NCBI GenBank assembly: GCA_951406725.2
Contig: OX597814.1
Span: forward strand, 132,246,001-132,310,000
DNA: 64,000 bases
Reading direction: 5' to 3'
Origin: Octopus vulgaris
Taxonomy: Eukaryota
A program made the translations under genes and the position numbers. Below are positions 25,425-40,898 of this stretch, piece after piece. Position 1 is the stretch's first letter. Each line of letters opens with the position of its first letter. The notes beneath the pieces were generated by a model. It was given only the letters and a program-made list of their open reading frames with translations, did not search any database and was not told the DNA's origin.

Positions 25425-28260
25425 TTAATAAGAAGTACTCCATCAAGCGAGAGTTAAATATCGTTTAATATGCACAGGATTTAAATGTGGGCTACTCTAA
25501 GTGCCATTCTTCTGACATTGTGATAGTCGGACGAGCTTGTATTGTATCTTGTATATCATCATGTAATCATTCAAACGGAAATACAATGTGGCTGTTGTCT
25601 GAGAAATAACAAGGAGAGAAACAGTATCGAATGTAAAAAAAAAAAAAAAAGCATGAGGGATGGTAGATACGAGTTGTGTCCCTTTAAATAGGAATTTTTT
25701 GGGGGATTGAGATGAATTCGACGGTAAACTTTTTGTGATGCTCTATGAAAAATTATATCATTTTAAAAAAAGGACAGCTCAATGGAGTAGCCTTCCTACT
25801 TTGTTCAGTGGAAATGTTGGTTTAAGTTTATCGACATGCAATTAATTTGATATGAAAATGTGAGTGCTTAATACGATTTATCTATACAGTATCAATATAG
25901 CCACTGCACAGTCTACCGAGTCCAGCCTTCAGACGCATAAGTTGACAAGCTCTAGCTCACAGAGTGTTTGGGAGTCGTTGGCTATACTCACCATGGTTTA
26001 GACGGCTTATGGAAGCCTCGTCCGAGGAGTAACAACTGTTGCATGCAGAAAGTTTCGTGGATCTATACGTGAAAGTTGAGTGTCAGGTGATAACCAAAGC
26101 GGGTGAACTAATCCGAAGAGCATTTCATGTTCGACTGTCAACCCACGTAACGCATTGCTGGGGCACAATGAAAACACGAACTGTGCAACTCCTTACCTTC
26201 AGTTGCAGCAAACAATCTGTGCCCAACTTGCGACTGTACCTTCTGAGTATGCATCTGTTGATTCAACCAAGGTCGGACACACCGTGCCTCATGTTCTTCT
26301 GCTATGTGATTTCTTTGGTCTCATCAACAATGATGGACGATACTAATAACATCAATATTGCTATGCTGTATGAGGATATTATGATAATAGATAGATTATG
26401 AATTTGATTTAGACCACGCAATTACTAACTATACCTTCAGTATAAAAATTGGCTGACGAAGCATTTGCTTAATTTATTTGCAGAAATATTTTGATTCCTA
26501 GAGCTGAACTTTTATTATGTTCTAGATGTCTTTCATAAGATTCTTTGGTGCTTCCCAATTTTGCATGTTGTCAAATAACATCAGACATTCTGAATTCATT
26601 ACTTAGTAGTTAGCATACAAATTATGGCGTTATACCTTAAGGTACTTAGAGAAAATAATCTGTAAAATTTGGATTTTGTGATTTTTTCCATTGGTTTTTA
26701 GCCCTCTTGAAGTATTGTTATCGCTATACGTTAAACAAATGTTAAAAGATTTTCCGTCTATTTCATCGATTCTTATCTCAGTTCGTTCGTGTCAGAGGTG
26801 AATATATACTGTGTCGTGCTAGCGAGATAATACCGTGAAATTTATACCTGGATTAAATGAGACGCTTCGTATGCCTGATTCATAGGTATAGATACAAGGT
26901 CGGACAGTACAAACAATCATAGTGTTAAATCAAAAGTGCTCTTCCTTCCATTGTAGAGCAGGAAAACTTAGGCTTGAGTGCATTTACTCGAGTTCAGCTG
27001 GGCATGCAGTCAGTGAGTGAAAGTTTACAGGCTTTATTCAGGCCAGAGAAAGAAAATATAAACATAATAAAGGACACGTTTTGTATCGATAATACATTTT
27101 TTATTGATATTAGAATCCAATTCTTTACAATACAATAAATATGTAATACAAATTAACATATATGTTTAATGCTCTGCATTATGGAAAAGCAACGGTAAAA
27201 TATATTTAAACACTTTTATAATTATTCTATGGATGATAGATATAATTCTAAATATATACATAGTAAAAATTAGATAATATATTAAAAAAAAAATATTTAT
27301 ATACTTGTAGTGAGGTATATATATGTGAGCATCTGTGCCCAAGCAAATACATATATACACAAGCAGATACTCGCGCCAACATCCGCTCACACATACATAA
27401 TGAATAAGATTAAAGTATGTAAAAACTGCGCACATAAAAATCAAATATTTATGTAAATATTACATAAACGTAACTATTAGTGGACTCGGTATTAGTGTTT
27501 AAGCAACTATTTGATATGGATATGGATTCAGAGAATCTTGCAGAGAGAAATAATAATGAACGTGTATTTGCATATGCACGCTTGTATGATTTTTTTCTGT
27601 GCATGTTTCGTATAACAACCACACAGTGGTTTACTTAAACTTCCATAACATTATGAAAACCATTTGTGTTACACACATTTGAATGTTCGATGATTTTGGC
27701 CGATATTACGACTCGTATTCGTCACCATTTCCTCTGGATATTACATCGACTTTCCGTGCACACGCACAGGCTGTGGCTACCTCGATGACACTTGGTTTAT
27801 AAACGTACAATCCATCAACACATTCAGCTGTACGTTTCAGGACAGTCATTGGAGTATAAACCATCACACATTGGTGGTTACTGTCAGAGTCCAGACAGTC
27901 TGTACAGCGACACACGACTTCAGTGCGTGATGGAGGAAAATATGTGGAATTGTGGGTAATTTTCAGGTACCATGGGCAGGTTGAACGCTCACGAATGATA
28001 TCAGTAGATACAGAAGATGTTGGGCAAGTTTTATCCCCTACGGTCAGTGCTTGTAGGTCACTTCCTGCTGGAGCCATTTCAGCTGGTAGGAAAAAGTTAT
28101 TGCCGATCGCCATGTTGTATAGTTTCTTGTATTGGACTTTCAAGTCGTTTGGTATTTTACATTGAGTCGGAATTGACGCCGAGGATATGAGCAATACAAA
28201 GTTGGTGAGGAGGAAGATCACAACTCGGAGAAGAACCTGCGTGATATAAAATGTTTATGC
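25425..28260 (+). repeat. Segmental duplication unit (IL-17 exon 2 plus about 2.3 kb of 3' flank); direct copy at 49060-52860
   Basis: Colinear blocks such as ggtgttaataagaagtactccatc, aagttgacaagctctagctcacagag, gaaatttatacctggattaaatg. Confidence 0.9.
25900..26300 (+). mobile_element. Old RTE-clade LINE 3' remnant (paralog 49540-49945)
   Basis: PWFRRLME / RRLQTPWFGRPM (RLRWFGH-like) and terminal CPTCDCTF.....FNQGRTHR / CLVCG...RFGLKSQGRTHR. Confidence 0.55.
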
Positions 28261-28536
28261 CAAGTTCAGTAATTATATTCAATATATTCAATTTAGTCAC
28301 AGCTAAATGAATGAACGAAGTGAAGCATAATACACAACTGTAGCACACATACACTCACTCACTCTCGCTCACTCTCTCTCTCTCACTCACACATACAAAC
28401 ACACACATAAAGCTATATATTTACACCAGTTTATAAAAGATTAGAGGGCATTCATTGTAATGTATACAGGTTTATTTTGTTAGAGAAAACTAATGAATGA
28501 AATACTTACGACAAGACTTCGATAAACTATTGACAT
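27706..28536 (-). CDS. IL17: Interleukin-17-like cytokine, two exons (28536-28510, 28236-27706), 185 aa
   Basis: Exon 1 MSIVYRSLV|gtaagt; phase-0 intron ending cacgcag; exon 2 VLLRVVIFLL... signal peptide, CP, RSTCPWY, VVCRCTDC, QCVMV, EVATACACAR. Confidence 0.93.
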
Positions 28537-28604
28537 CCGTATTTAAAGGCGTAAATTTACAAATGAGAAGTATGAGAAGAACAGTAGGAATGGGCTAGCC
28601 TGAT

Positions 28605-28614
28605 GCATATATGG
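28605..28614 (-). promoter_or_regulatory. Possible TATA-like element of the IL-17 copy at 28536
   Basis: ccatatatgc about 70 nt upstream of the ATG; positional argument only. Confidence 0.3.
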
Positions 28615-29257
28615 ACCCCTAAGTAAACAACGAAATTTAACAAACTCTGTGTGTCTAAGTGCAAGAGTTGTATTTAATTTGAAATACAGTAAATTGCAGA
28701 TTGAAATATTGTAGAGAATATTTTCACCAAACTATTATAACAGCGTGATATTCTCTGAATTTAGATCTCAATGTAAAAGAGTAGGATATCAACCAACGGC
28801 AACATTTGAATTTGTGACATATCTGATGTTTAGAGGAACAGCACGGATGACGAAAAATTCTCAAGAAATTTATCGTTGTTACTTCAGTAATTAGGTGACA
28901 ACGTCAACCTAGCCAAAATTCGCAATAATGCCCGCTGTATCTTTGATTGTTTCGTTGACGATGTAAAGCAGAAATTTCTGTCATTTTATAATCACTGCGT
29001 GTTTTAATGAAGTTATTGCTCCTTCGAAATTATATTTTGCAGTCAATAAAGGAATCAAACAATGTGCGAATGTCACATTATACTTATCATTCAGCTTTGT
29101 GAAACTAAATCATCGCGCGGGGATGGATACTTAGAGTTTTAAACAGACGGGAGAGTAACTATCGGTTAAGGTTTAGCCTCTTGTGAAATATGAGTATCAA
29201 AAAAAAAAAAAAATATTTAAGATCCCTGTTTCAATGAATTATAATTCCTTAAATTCT

Positions 29258-29410
29258 GTGAGCTGGCAGAACCGCTTGCACGCCTGGGCAAAATGCTTGG
29301 CACCATTTCGTCTGTCCTCATTTTCTGAGTTCAAATTCAATCGAAGCCGACTTTGCCTTTCATTCTTTCCAGGTCGATAAATTAAGTACCATTTGAGCAC
29401 TCGGGTCCAG
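29258..29410 (+). mobile_element. Diverged MetaSINE-like SINE
   Basis: gagctggcagaacc...gagttcaaattc...gactttgcctttcattc. Confidence 0.75.
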
Positions 29411-29433
29411 TTATGCACATATGTGTGTGTGCG

Positions 29434-30867
<1,434 letters not shown>

Positions 30868-30872
30868 CTCTG

Positions 30873-30982
<110 letters not shown>

Positions 30983-30991
30983 TATATATAT

Positions 30992-31037
<46 letters not shown>

Positions 31038-31038
31038 G

Positions 31039-31069
<31 letters not shown>

Positions 31070-31230
31070 CAGAAGTTTCTTGCGTAATAAGATTAAAAAA
31101 AAGGCTGTATAGATATTAGAGCATTTATAGATAGAAGGTTTTACAGCTGTTTCTAGGATATTTATTAATTATATCCCTTCATCGTAGACGATGTGAGAGG
31201 AAAGTTAAGTCATAGTTAGTTTAGATGTGA

Positions 31231-31270
<40 letters not shown>

Positions 31271-31299
31271 GCAGGATTCACCACCTGCCGGATCGTCAT

Positions 31300-31635
31300 T
31301 GTGCTTTAGGTGTTTTCGCTCAATAAACACTCACAACGCCCGGTCTGGGAATCGAAACCGCGATCCTAAGACTGCGTGTCTGCTCCACTAACCACTGGGC
31401 CATTGCCCTGCTGTACTTTTTCACCACAACTTTTTCCTGTTTCTCTTGGGCCTGTATTTCAAAGGGGCCAGCCTTGTCGCACTCTGTGTCACGCTGAATC
31501 TCCTCGAGAACTGCATTAAGGGTATACGTGCCTGTGGAGTGCTGATCCACTTGCACGTTAATTTCAAGAGCAGGCTGCTCCGTTGATCGGATCAACTGGA
31601 ACCCTTGTCGTCGTAACCGACGGAGTACCAGTAGT
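31300..31635 (-). mobile_element. tRNA-headed SINE pieces
   Basis: Minus strand gcaatggcccagtggttag...ggtttcgattcccagaccggg. Confidence 0.65.
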
Positions 31636-31654
31636 ATATATGTATATGTACATG

Positions 31655-31746
<92 letters not shown>

Positions 31747-32070
31747 TGTATGTATGTATGTATGTATGTATAGGTAGTCACGAAAGTGACAAAGGGCGCT
31801 AATCAGCACCAGAATTGCTAGAGATAACTGCCAAAACAGCTAAATAGTTACAGAAAGAACTATCTTAAAGACTGACGATGGAGGTAAGATCCCTAGAGCA
31901 GCGGATATAACCAGATCATCGATAATTCCGCAATTTAATGTTTCGGTATCTTAATGCTCGAGGCTCTCACCGCACCTAGGGTTAAACTCAGCTCGTCTTG
32001 TCAGATTATAAAGCTACATATTCCTTGTTGTGTCCATTATAGCATTTATCTGCTGCAAGATGTAAGACCG

Positions 32071-32157
<87 letters not shown>

Positions 32158-32340
32158 ACCAAAATAATTGAGATTCAGATGAATTAGGTACTTCAGTTGA
32201 GGCACCAAAAATTAGTGCGGTATTATCCGTACAATTTCAAAATAAGGTGAATAAAATCAAGATAAGCAACAGGATATTCAGAGGATTTAGATAAATTTGT
32301 ACACATGTGTCCGATTGTTTACATTAATTCTATTTATTTC

Positions 32341-32426
32341 TGCAGCTGAGGATAGCTCTCTATTTAAATTTATGTAATGATTGCATTGTTCAATTAAATG
32401 GAGCCGCTTGAAACGGTCGTACTGCA
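32341..32426 (+). ncRNA. Type-I hammerhead fold with canonical core and long stem II
   Basis: tgcag CTGAGGA ta-gctc..atttaa/ttaaatg-gagc GAAA cg-gt-cg TA ctgca; enclosed by inverted arms 32259-32283 and 32431-32455. Confidence 0.72.
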
Positions 32427-32457
32427 TCAACTCTGGATATCCTGTTGCTTATTTTAA

Positions 32458-32544
<87 letters not shown>

Positions 32545-32609
32545 AAATATATATATATATGCTAAATGAAATGAGATAACAAACAAACACACACACACAC
32601 ACACACACA

Positions 32610-32849
32610 TATCTGTAATATAATATGCGACAATTATTCGGTTGCCATAATTAAACTCCTACTTTCGGATGTCGGGGAGGAAATCTGCTCCGGCATCTCG
32701 TCAGTTATGAAGGAGCAGATTTCCGCCCCGACATCCGAAACTCGGAGTTTTATTATGGCAACCGAATAACTGTCACATATTATATTACAGATAATTTCCT
32801 CTATTTACATAATATCGAGGTCTCATTCATTCTTTTGTTGTAATACCAT

Positions 32850-32855
<6 letters not shown>
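32610..32855. mobile_element. Fold-back pseudo-LTR related to the PLE at 40899-43770, with hammerhead fold at 32650-32708 (-)
   Basis: ataa CTGACGA gatg...catc-c GAAA; the + arm has GAAA ctc-g-gag TT ttat; tail aatttcctcta.ttacataatat.gaggtctc is shared with 40935-40965. Confidence 0.75.
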
Positions 32856-32904
<49 letters not shown>

Positions 32905-33058
32905 TACAAAGTGAGATAGGGGTTATGAGTGTAACCCACTATGAGATATCATGTATCCAATATACTGCCAGTGAATTACCCAAAAGGCTAATACATAAAT
33001 GCTAACAATTGCAATGCAATTAGTTCATTTATTGCATTATATGGGCGAAAGTAAAATG

Positions 33059-33093
<35 letters not shown>

Positions 33094-33349
33094 TGTATGT
33101 ACACATACATATACATATATATAAGTATATACATAATAATATACATACACATAAAGTTACAGTTAATCAAATATATATTATTATATAAATACTTATATAT
33201 ATGTATATGTATGTCTACATACACTTATATATATATATATATGTATACATATTCTTCTGTATGTGTACTTTGTTTCATATTTATATTTGCGTTTTATATC
33301 TTCATTTTATATCTTCATAATTGTACTTTATAATCTCTGACGCGGCCTT

Positions 33350-33392
<43 letters not shown>

Positions 33393-33394
<2 letters not shown>

Positions 33395-33605
33395 CGGGAA
33401 GCTTTATGAAAATAGACAAAAGACGAAGGCAGGTGGAAAACAAACGAACAATTGTATTAGTATGGCGCTCAGGAAATATAAATAAAACAAGTCTTTAACG
33501 TTTCGAGCCTACGCTCTTCAACAGAAAGATACACAGAGAGAAAAAAAACACAGAAAGAAGGAGAGAAAAAAAATGCGTGCAGTAGCTAACGAATCAACAT
33601 GGCGA

Positions 33606-33608
<3 letters not shown>
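33393..33608 (-). mobile_element. Short (TA)n-inserted element with degenerate hammerhead-like motif; copies at 48418-48600 (+) and 1580-1720 (+)
   Basis: ctgttgaa gagc-gtag-gctc GAAA cgt ta aaga. Confidence 0.6.
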
Positions 33609-33662
<54 letters not shown>

Positions 33663-33892
33663 ACTCATTTTTAACTGCATATTATCTCAATACATCTGAC
33701 TAATATAGGCATAATGAGATACCATTATCTACGGGCTGAATTTTATTTTATGGTATTATCTTAATTATTAATGTATATTGTTTTATTCTGTTTGATTTGG
33801 ATGTTCCTATCCAATTAGTTAATAAATTATATGAATTGGTATTATCTGTAAGTTGATGATTGAAAGGAATCTATTCCTCCATTTTCTTATTT

Positions 33893-33942
<50 letters not shown>

Positions 33943-34413
33943 TACATATATATACACACACGTGTATGTGTGTGCGTTAGATAAAATGAGATAACAAAGC
34001 CAAGGCTGTGCGAAATTTTCATGATATTTATGAAGAGAAAGTTAATCTTGCAGCTTTTTCGGAGTTATTAGCGACAACCCTTTATCAGAGACGATGTGGG
34101 ATGGTTAAATAGAGGGAAACATTGGAGTTCAATATAAAGAGTTATTCTGGAAAAGAAAAGAAATAAGGAGTATATATGGAAATAGGAGAATGAATGTAGA
34201 AATAAGAATAAAAATAAATATGTGTGTGTGTGTGCTTGCGTGTATGTGTGCGTGTGTACGATGGGGTTCATGCAGCTTCCATGTACCAGCTTCACACAAA
34301 AGACCCCGGTCGGCTCGCAACTGTAGTGGCAGTTACCCGCCCTCGCAATGAGCCAGAACATGGCGCTATGTTGCTGGAAAGCAAGCTTCATTCCACAATG
34401 ACACGCCTGAATA

Positions 34414-34446
<33 letters not shown>

Positions 34447-34545
34447 GCATGCATCCATGCATACATACATACATGCATGCATACATACAAACAAACATAC
34501 ATACATACATACATACATACATACATACATACATACATACATACA

Positions 34546-34579
<34 letters not shown>

Positions 34580-35070
34580 CAGATCATCAAAGGTGTCTAT
34601 TATGGAAAAGCAGTAAAATGTGACAACCGATGCAGACTTTCTCGAATTAACACCGAAGATATCACCTACATCATAAGCGGTTGTTCGAAAATGTCATCAC
34701 GTTATTATCTACCGATGAGCCACGATGTTGTAGTTAGGACACTCTATAATGAGATTCTGCAGAAGGATAACTCCGAGTGCAAAGAAATAAGAACCCATTG
34801 TATGGTAGAAGCCATAACCACTCATAATAAAAAGGAATACTGGTGGAAGGCCTCTATAAAGCCCACAATAAAATGTAAGCACAACAGACCTAATATAATG
34901 ATATGGGCCAGAGAAGAGAAACTGCGTACAGTTGTGGAAATTTTCTGCCCAGCGGATGTTAATATTAAGCTGAAGATCAGTGAAAAAGAGAATTTCTACG
35001 CTGAACTATTGAGAAATTTGTAGCTACTTTATCCAGACTACAAGATCAGGTTTATACCTGTAATTATTGT
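34580..35070 (+). mobile_element. R4/Dong-type C-terminus (CCHC plus restriction-like endonuclease)
   Basis: RCRLS...EDITYIISGC...HD.V; HNRPNIMIW..VEIFCP.D.N..LKISEK..FYAEL. Confidence 0.8.
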
Positions 35071-35082
35071 AATTTTGTATGC

Positions 35083-35127
<45 letters not shown>

Positions 35128-35400
35128 GGTATGTAGAAAAATACAACATGGACAAGAACGTATAACTCTTAGAAGACGATACAATAAACACAGACAGGAC
35201 ATTCGAAACCCTCAGTCTTCAGTCAAGAACCGGATCATCGTAGTAATTTCGGCTGATTAATATATATATATATATATATGTATGCATATGTATGTATATA
35301 TATACGTATATATGTATATATATATATGTGTCTGTGTGTATGTGTGTGTGTGTAGATTTATATGTATATATATATGTATATATACGTATAGATATAAACG

Positions 35401-35546
<146 letters not shown>

Positions 35547-35625
35547 CATTCGTATATAAATATATATGTGTGTGTTGATAGATAGATAGATAAATGGATC
35601 GAGGGCTAGATAAATAGAAACAAAG

Positions 35626-35722
<97 letters not shown>

Positions 35723-35760
35723 TGTAGTAGACAATATAAACTGCATAATGCATTAAAAAT

Positions 35761-35974
35761 TCTTTTTTACTCTAGGCACAAGGCCCAAAAAATTTTGGGA
35801 GGGGAGCCAGTCGATTAGACTGACCCCAGTACACAACTGGTACTCAATTTATCGATCCCGAAAGGATGAAAGGCAAAGGTGACCTTGGCGGAATTTGAAC
35901 TAAGAACGTAACAGCAGACGAAATACTGTAAGCATTTCACCCGGTGTGCTAACATTTCTGACAGCTCGCCGCCT
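35761..35974 (-). mobile_element. Full-length MetaSINE-like SINE with 16-bp TSD
   Basis: ataatgcattaaaaat at 35745-35760 and 35975-35990; the empty site is present in the paralogous block near 37703. Confidence 0.9.
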
Positions 35975-36256
35975 ATAATGCATTAAAAATAGAACGAGAA
36001 CGTACGTAAGGCAACGTATTTTACATTGAACTTCCTACTTACTATGACTACTACGTTCGCAACGTTACCTTTCCCACACCCACACTTTGTGATAACCGGG
36101 TAAGAATAAGAGAAAATATAAGCTATGTTGTTGTTACTTTAACAGCTCTACCCTTTATATATAATATTTTACTATTCTTTGATAAGTGATAAATGCCCAA
36201 AGAATTATACATATATGTGAATATAATGCGTCTTTGTATCTGTATATGTAGGCACA

Positions 36257-36301
<45 letters not shown>

Positions 36302-36329
36302 GTGTGTGTGTATGCATATATCTTTTTAT

Positions 36330-37510
36330 AAAAACATTTAATATACGTATTTTATTGATGGTAAAAGTCTCATAAAAATGTTGTGATATCCAACCGGTTT
36401 TCGCTATATAAATTAGCTTTTCAAGGGATGTTGTAAAGTAATCTTTCATTGAGACAAAGGAACCACGTAATTTTGGATTTCTTGAAAAGTAAGAATGAAT
36501 GGAGAGGAACAAAGGGAGGCAACAAGTGGCAGGGGAGACAGCTACCCCTTCAGCATTATTGAATAGTGGCATACAAAGTTGGGTTTGAAATAGGAATGTG
36601 TAGTTATTAGGTTGTATATTAAGTTGTGGTCTGTACTTTTGTATGAACAGGTTTTCCTTGTTTTGGCATTCTTGTAAGGAGATTGAATCTTTACATTGGT
36701 ATAATGGAAAAAAATATGGAAATTCAGTGTTTTATTTCTTGCGCATCTGTCAATATGTTCGCTCAGAGCTATCTGCTTATATTCAGGAAAGCGAATCTGT
36801 TCATTATGTAGCGTAACTCTGCGTCTCAAAGTAAAGCTCGTTTAACCGACATAACTGTGAATACAACCTGAGCAGGTTAGGACATAGATTAGGCCATTGG
36901 AGCCACATGTGAAGCTGTTCTTAATTTAAAATTTTTCTCCATGCTGGAATGTGAATTATGAGCCTTCAGTTAGTTATGCAAAAGACAACACAAATCACTT
37001 AAGAGACTCGTAACAAATGCAAAATTGTAGTCAACACACACGTTACCAACAGTTAAAAAATGATAACGACGTAAATATGGTATATGTCCAAACAGATGCT
37101 CAAGAAATGAAACATCGAATTTCCGTATTTCCCATTATACCAATGCAAAGATTCAATCTCCATACAAGAATGCCTAAACAAGGAAAACCTTTTCATATAA
37201 AAGTAGACCACACCTCAATATACAACCTGATCACTAAACATTCCTATTTCAAAATCAAATGTATATGCCACTATTCAATAATGCTGATGGGGTAGCTGTT
37301 CTCCTTGCCCCTTGTTGCCTCCCTTTGTCCACTCTATCCAGTCAGTCTTACTTTTCAAGAAATGGAAAATGGCGTGATTCCTTTGTCTCAAGGAATAATT
37401 ACTTCACAATGTCCCTTGAAAAGCTAATTTAAATAGCGAAAACCGGGTGGATATCAGAACATTTTATGAGATTTTTACCATTCATAAAATATGTATATAT
37501 TAAAATTTTT
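36330..37510. mobile_element. Neptune-like PLE 3' end (GIY-YIG tail on -) with an inverted copy on +
   Basis: RRRVTLHNEQIRFPEYKQIALSEHIDRCARN is homologous to the 5292 ORF; 36330-36760 is inverted at 37100-37510. Confidence 0.8.
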
Positions 37511-38283
37511 TAATAAAAAGATATTAAAAGTATATGAAATGAAGGCATTTCTCTTCCCCTTGCCATATATTTTCCACATATTTTCACTATATATATATAT
37601 ATATATATGCATACACACATACATATATACACATAAATGTGTATGTATATAGATAGATAGATAGATATATAGATAGATATCTGTAGCAGACAATATAAAC
37701 TGCATAATGTATTAAAAATAGAACGAGAAAGCACCTAAATCAACGTATTTTACAAGCGACTTCCTGCTAACTAAGATGACTACATTCGCTCCGTAATCCT
37801 TACCACACCCACGCTTTGTGATAACCGGGTTAAGTAAGCAAACATTAAGAGAAAATATAACCTACGTTGTTACTTTAACCGGTCTTCCTTTTATATATAA
37901 TAATTTAGTATTTTTTGATAAGTGATAAATAAGCAACTGATTCATTTTCTTTACTGGAAGAATATATTTTCCTGAATTTTTACATTTTCTCAAATAAGTT
38001 TTATGTCACATGATTTTTTGGCTTGACTCATAACGTTCGATAAGTAGAACCTATTAACCGACCCTGACAAAATCCTTAGAATATTATGTATTTTGTATGA
38101 TATGAAGGTTGTCGTCTCTCATGAAGCACTTAACCACAATGAAACAGTTTGTGCTGGGATGTATTGATAGTGATTCTGCAATTAATGATGAGGGGAAAGA
38201 TTTTATTGATTAAATAATTCCATACAGAAGAAAGAAGGATTTGTTACATTCCCCTGAAGACATACGATAGGAAATTCTTTGCA

Positions 38284-38342
<59 letters not shown>

Positions 38343-38724
38343 TTGGAAAAGAATGCGTGGTGTTCGATCACATAATAATATAAATAATATTTTATTTAAT
38401 TTGCTTAACGGGAAGGACTGTTTCAATGAAGTCGCGTGTTGTCCTTACCTTCGTAACACAGAGTAGACGAAACAGGGACAACTGAAGAAGGAGAATATTC
38501 CTTGTGCTGTATGTCGTGTACCCTGTTTTTTCGTTCTTTGAAAAAAAGTTCGTTTCCATGTTTTTGTTTTTATGTTTTCGTTTCACATTGTGTTAAATGT
38601 TTTTTTTTATGTCCTGTACCCATATATGCATGTATATATACATATAGATGTAGGTATGTACATATATGTATGAATATATGCATATATTTATATATTATTT
38701 ATATTATATTATATTATATTATAT

Positions 38725-38792
<68 letters not shown>

Positions 38793-38794
<2 letters not shown>

Positions 38795-39106
38795 TTTAGC
38801 GGTTGGGAGGCAGTTGCCGGCAACCGTGGAGAATGGCGACGTACCGTAAAAGAGGGAATACAAAGGAGTGACAGAGAGAGAGGAGAAATGGAAAGAAAGG
38901 AAGAGACGTAAACAAGAGACTATGGCACTACAGCCAGCCAGGAACAGTCTTCGCTACATTTGCGGTACCTGCCAGAGGGAGTGTTTGTCCATATAGGACT
39001 ACACAGCCACAGCAGGAAATGTATCAGGACATGAAATATAAAAGCCGGACTAGACTACTTTATGCGCAACTCCATTGTCTCCCGAGACAGAAAGGATGCC
39101 AACTAA

Positions 39107-39110
<4 letters not shown>
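38793..39110 (+). mobile_element. RTE-clade LINE 3' end
   Basis: WEAVAGNRGEWRRTVKEG, YICGTCQREC..IGLHSHSRKC, tail ccattgtctcccgagacagaaaggatgcc. Confidence 0.85.
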
Positions 39111-39157
<47 letters not shown>

Positions 39158-39539
39158 AAGAAACCACTATCATAGAAATCAACTATTAATGTAGAAAGTG
39201 GATACACTTAAGATTCACTTGAAGACAAAACAAAAAAGAAAAAGAGAAAAACTTACTGCAGTCCTTTTGAAGATAAAGACAAACAAAGTAATTTGGCAAA
39301 TTTCATTGATATGAATGTATATATGTTCATTTTAAGACACTTTTCCATTCCTATTTACGTATGATTGTACAGGATGTCTGGAGTTAATTTGACGAGTTTT
39401 GTGTCTTCTTTTTCCAGGATTATTCAATCCATTGATAAATAGTCAACAGTATTGGACAGCGTAAATATGACACGTATTTGAGAAGAAAGTTTGCAGACAT
39501 GGTGGAATGAAATCTATGTCAATATCGGGAAAGTGTTAA

Positions 39540-39930
39540 CTGTATCATGATGATTCGGACCGAGTATCAGTATGCTGACATCATGACTACCTCTCAGGGC
39601 TCTATGAAGGCTGTGAGACAAATACCAGCATCATGAAAACCAAGTTCCCACAAACTATGATGGTATTTCAGTGTGTCTCCAGTAAGGATGATGGCATGTT
39701 ACCCCACATATGTGGATAGGGCATTAAAATCAATTCAAACGGCGATGTGAAGCCGCTGGAGACTATTGTCAAACATTGAGAGGGTTGCCGTTAGAAGGCC
39801 ATATGCGTGGCACCAGGATCCAATTCTTTGCCATACCTCTGGAAAAAGTTTGATGTGGTTGTCGGAGAATTTCTACGACTCCACCAGCCCCAATTTCTGT
39901 TCCCTATTCTCCCGATTGCAATACGACGGT
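39540..39930 (+). mobile_element. Tc1/mariner remnant, uninterrupted paralog of 11870-12870
   Basis: MKTKFPQTMMVF..., RVAVRRPYAWHQDPILCHTSGKSLMWLSENFYDSTSPNF. Confidence 0.8.
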
Positions 39931-40473
39931 TTACTCTGCGTGAGTTACGGTTGTAAAAGACACTAGCCTGAACACTCTATACAATCACGACTGTAAGGAT
40001 CAAAAACACAGAGATGTACAAACGCATACATGTACAAACACACTCATTCATTTGCCACCCAAACAAACAAACAAACACATGCACAAACACACACATACAC
40101 ACACAGACATACACACGTGAACACACAAAGTCATACACACACAAACTCACACACACACACACAAGCACAAATACATAAGAAAGGATACACATACTTTTCT
40201 ATATATCAGCAAATTACAATAAATTTCAGCATGGTTGATGAAAGAAATTTCGGATTCCTTTACAATGTACACCAAACTTATATTCAAACACGAGTATTGA
40301 ATCCTTACTTACTTTTACCATTATAATTCCAGTTCTTTCAGTGTAATTTGAAATCCACCAATACGTCTCCATACATTTATGTGTCAGAGACATGTATATA
40401 CACTCGTATGTAATTGAAAAATTTTATTCACTGTGTTCACAAACATATGTGAGTGTGCTGTATATAGCAACAC

Positions 40474-40516
<43 letters not shown>

Positions 40517-40677
40517 AGAGAAAGCACATAAATGTGAAACAAGGTGGGGAAAATAGTGCTCGAATAGCGGAGGTAGAAAGATATGCTTTATTTATAAAGC
40601 TCAAAAATATTACAGAAACTGTTACTCAGAGTTTCACGTTCCCGTTCGTCGATCAGTTTTAGATGAGGATCTCAACC

Positions 40678-40722
40678 AAAACTGTCTGACGAACGGAACG
40701 TGAAACACTGAGTTGCAGTTTT
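40678..40722 (+). ncRNA. Minimal hammerhead fold (mirror 40616-40660 -) in a (TA)n-inserted unit at 40513-40740
   Basis: aaaactgt CTGACGA acg-gaa-cgt GAAA cactgag TT gcagtttt; the mirror arm has ctc-t-gag TA acagttt. Confidence 0.72.
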
Positions 40723-40794
40723 TGCGATGGTTATGCATCACATTTGTGTGTGTGTGTGTGTGTGTGTATGTATGCGTATGTACGTATGTATGCA

Positions 40795-40843
<49 letters not shown>

Positions 40844-40898
40844 GCACACACATATGTATATATGAATACACACACACGCGCATATATATATATATATA

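Noticed and set aside
38465-38530. CTGAAGA followed by a hairpin in a (TA)n-flanked unit
   Set aside because: No GAAA follows stem II; at most a dead relic
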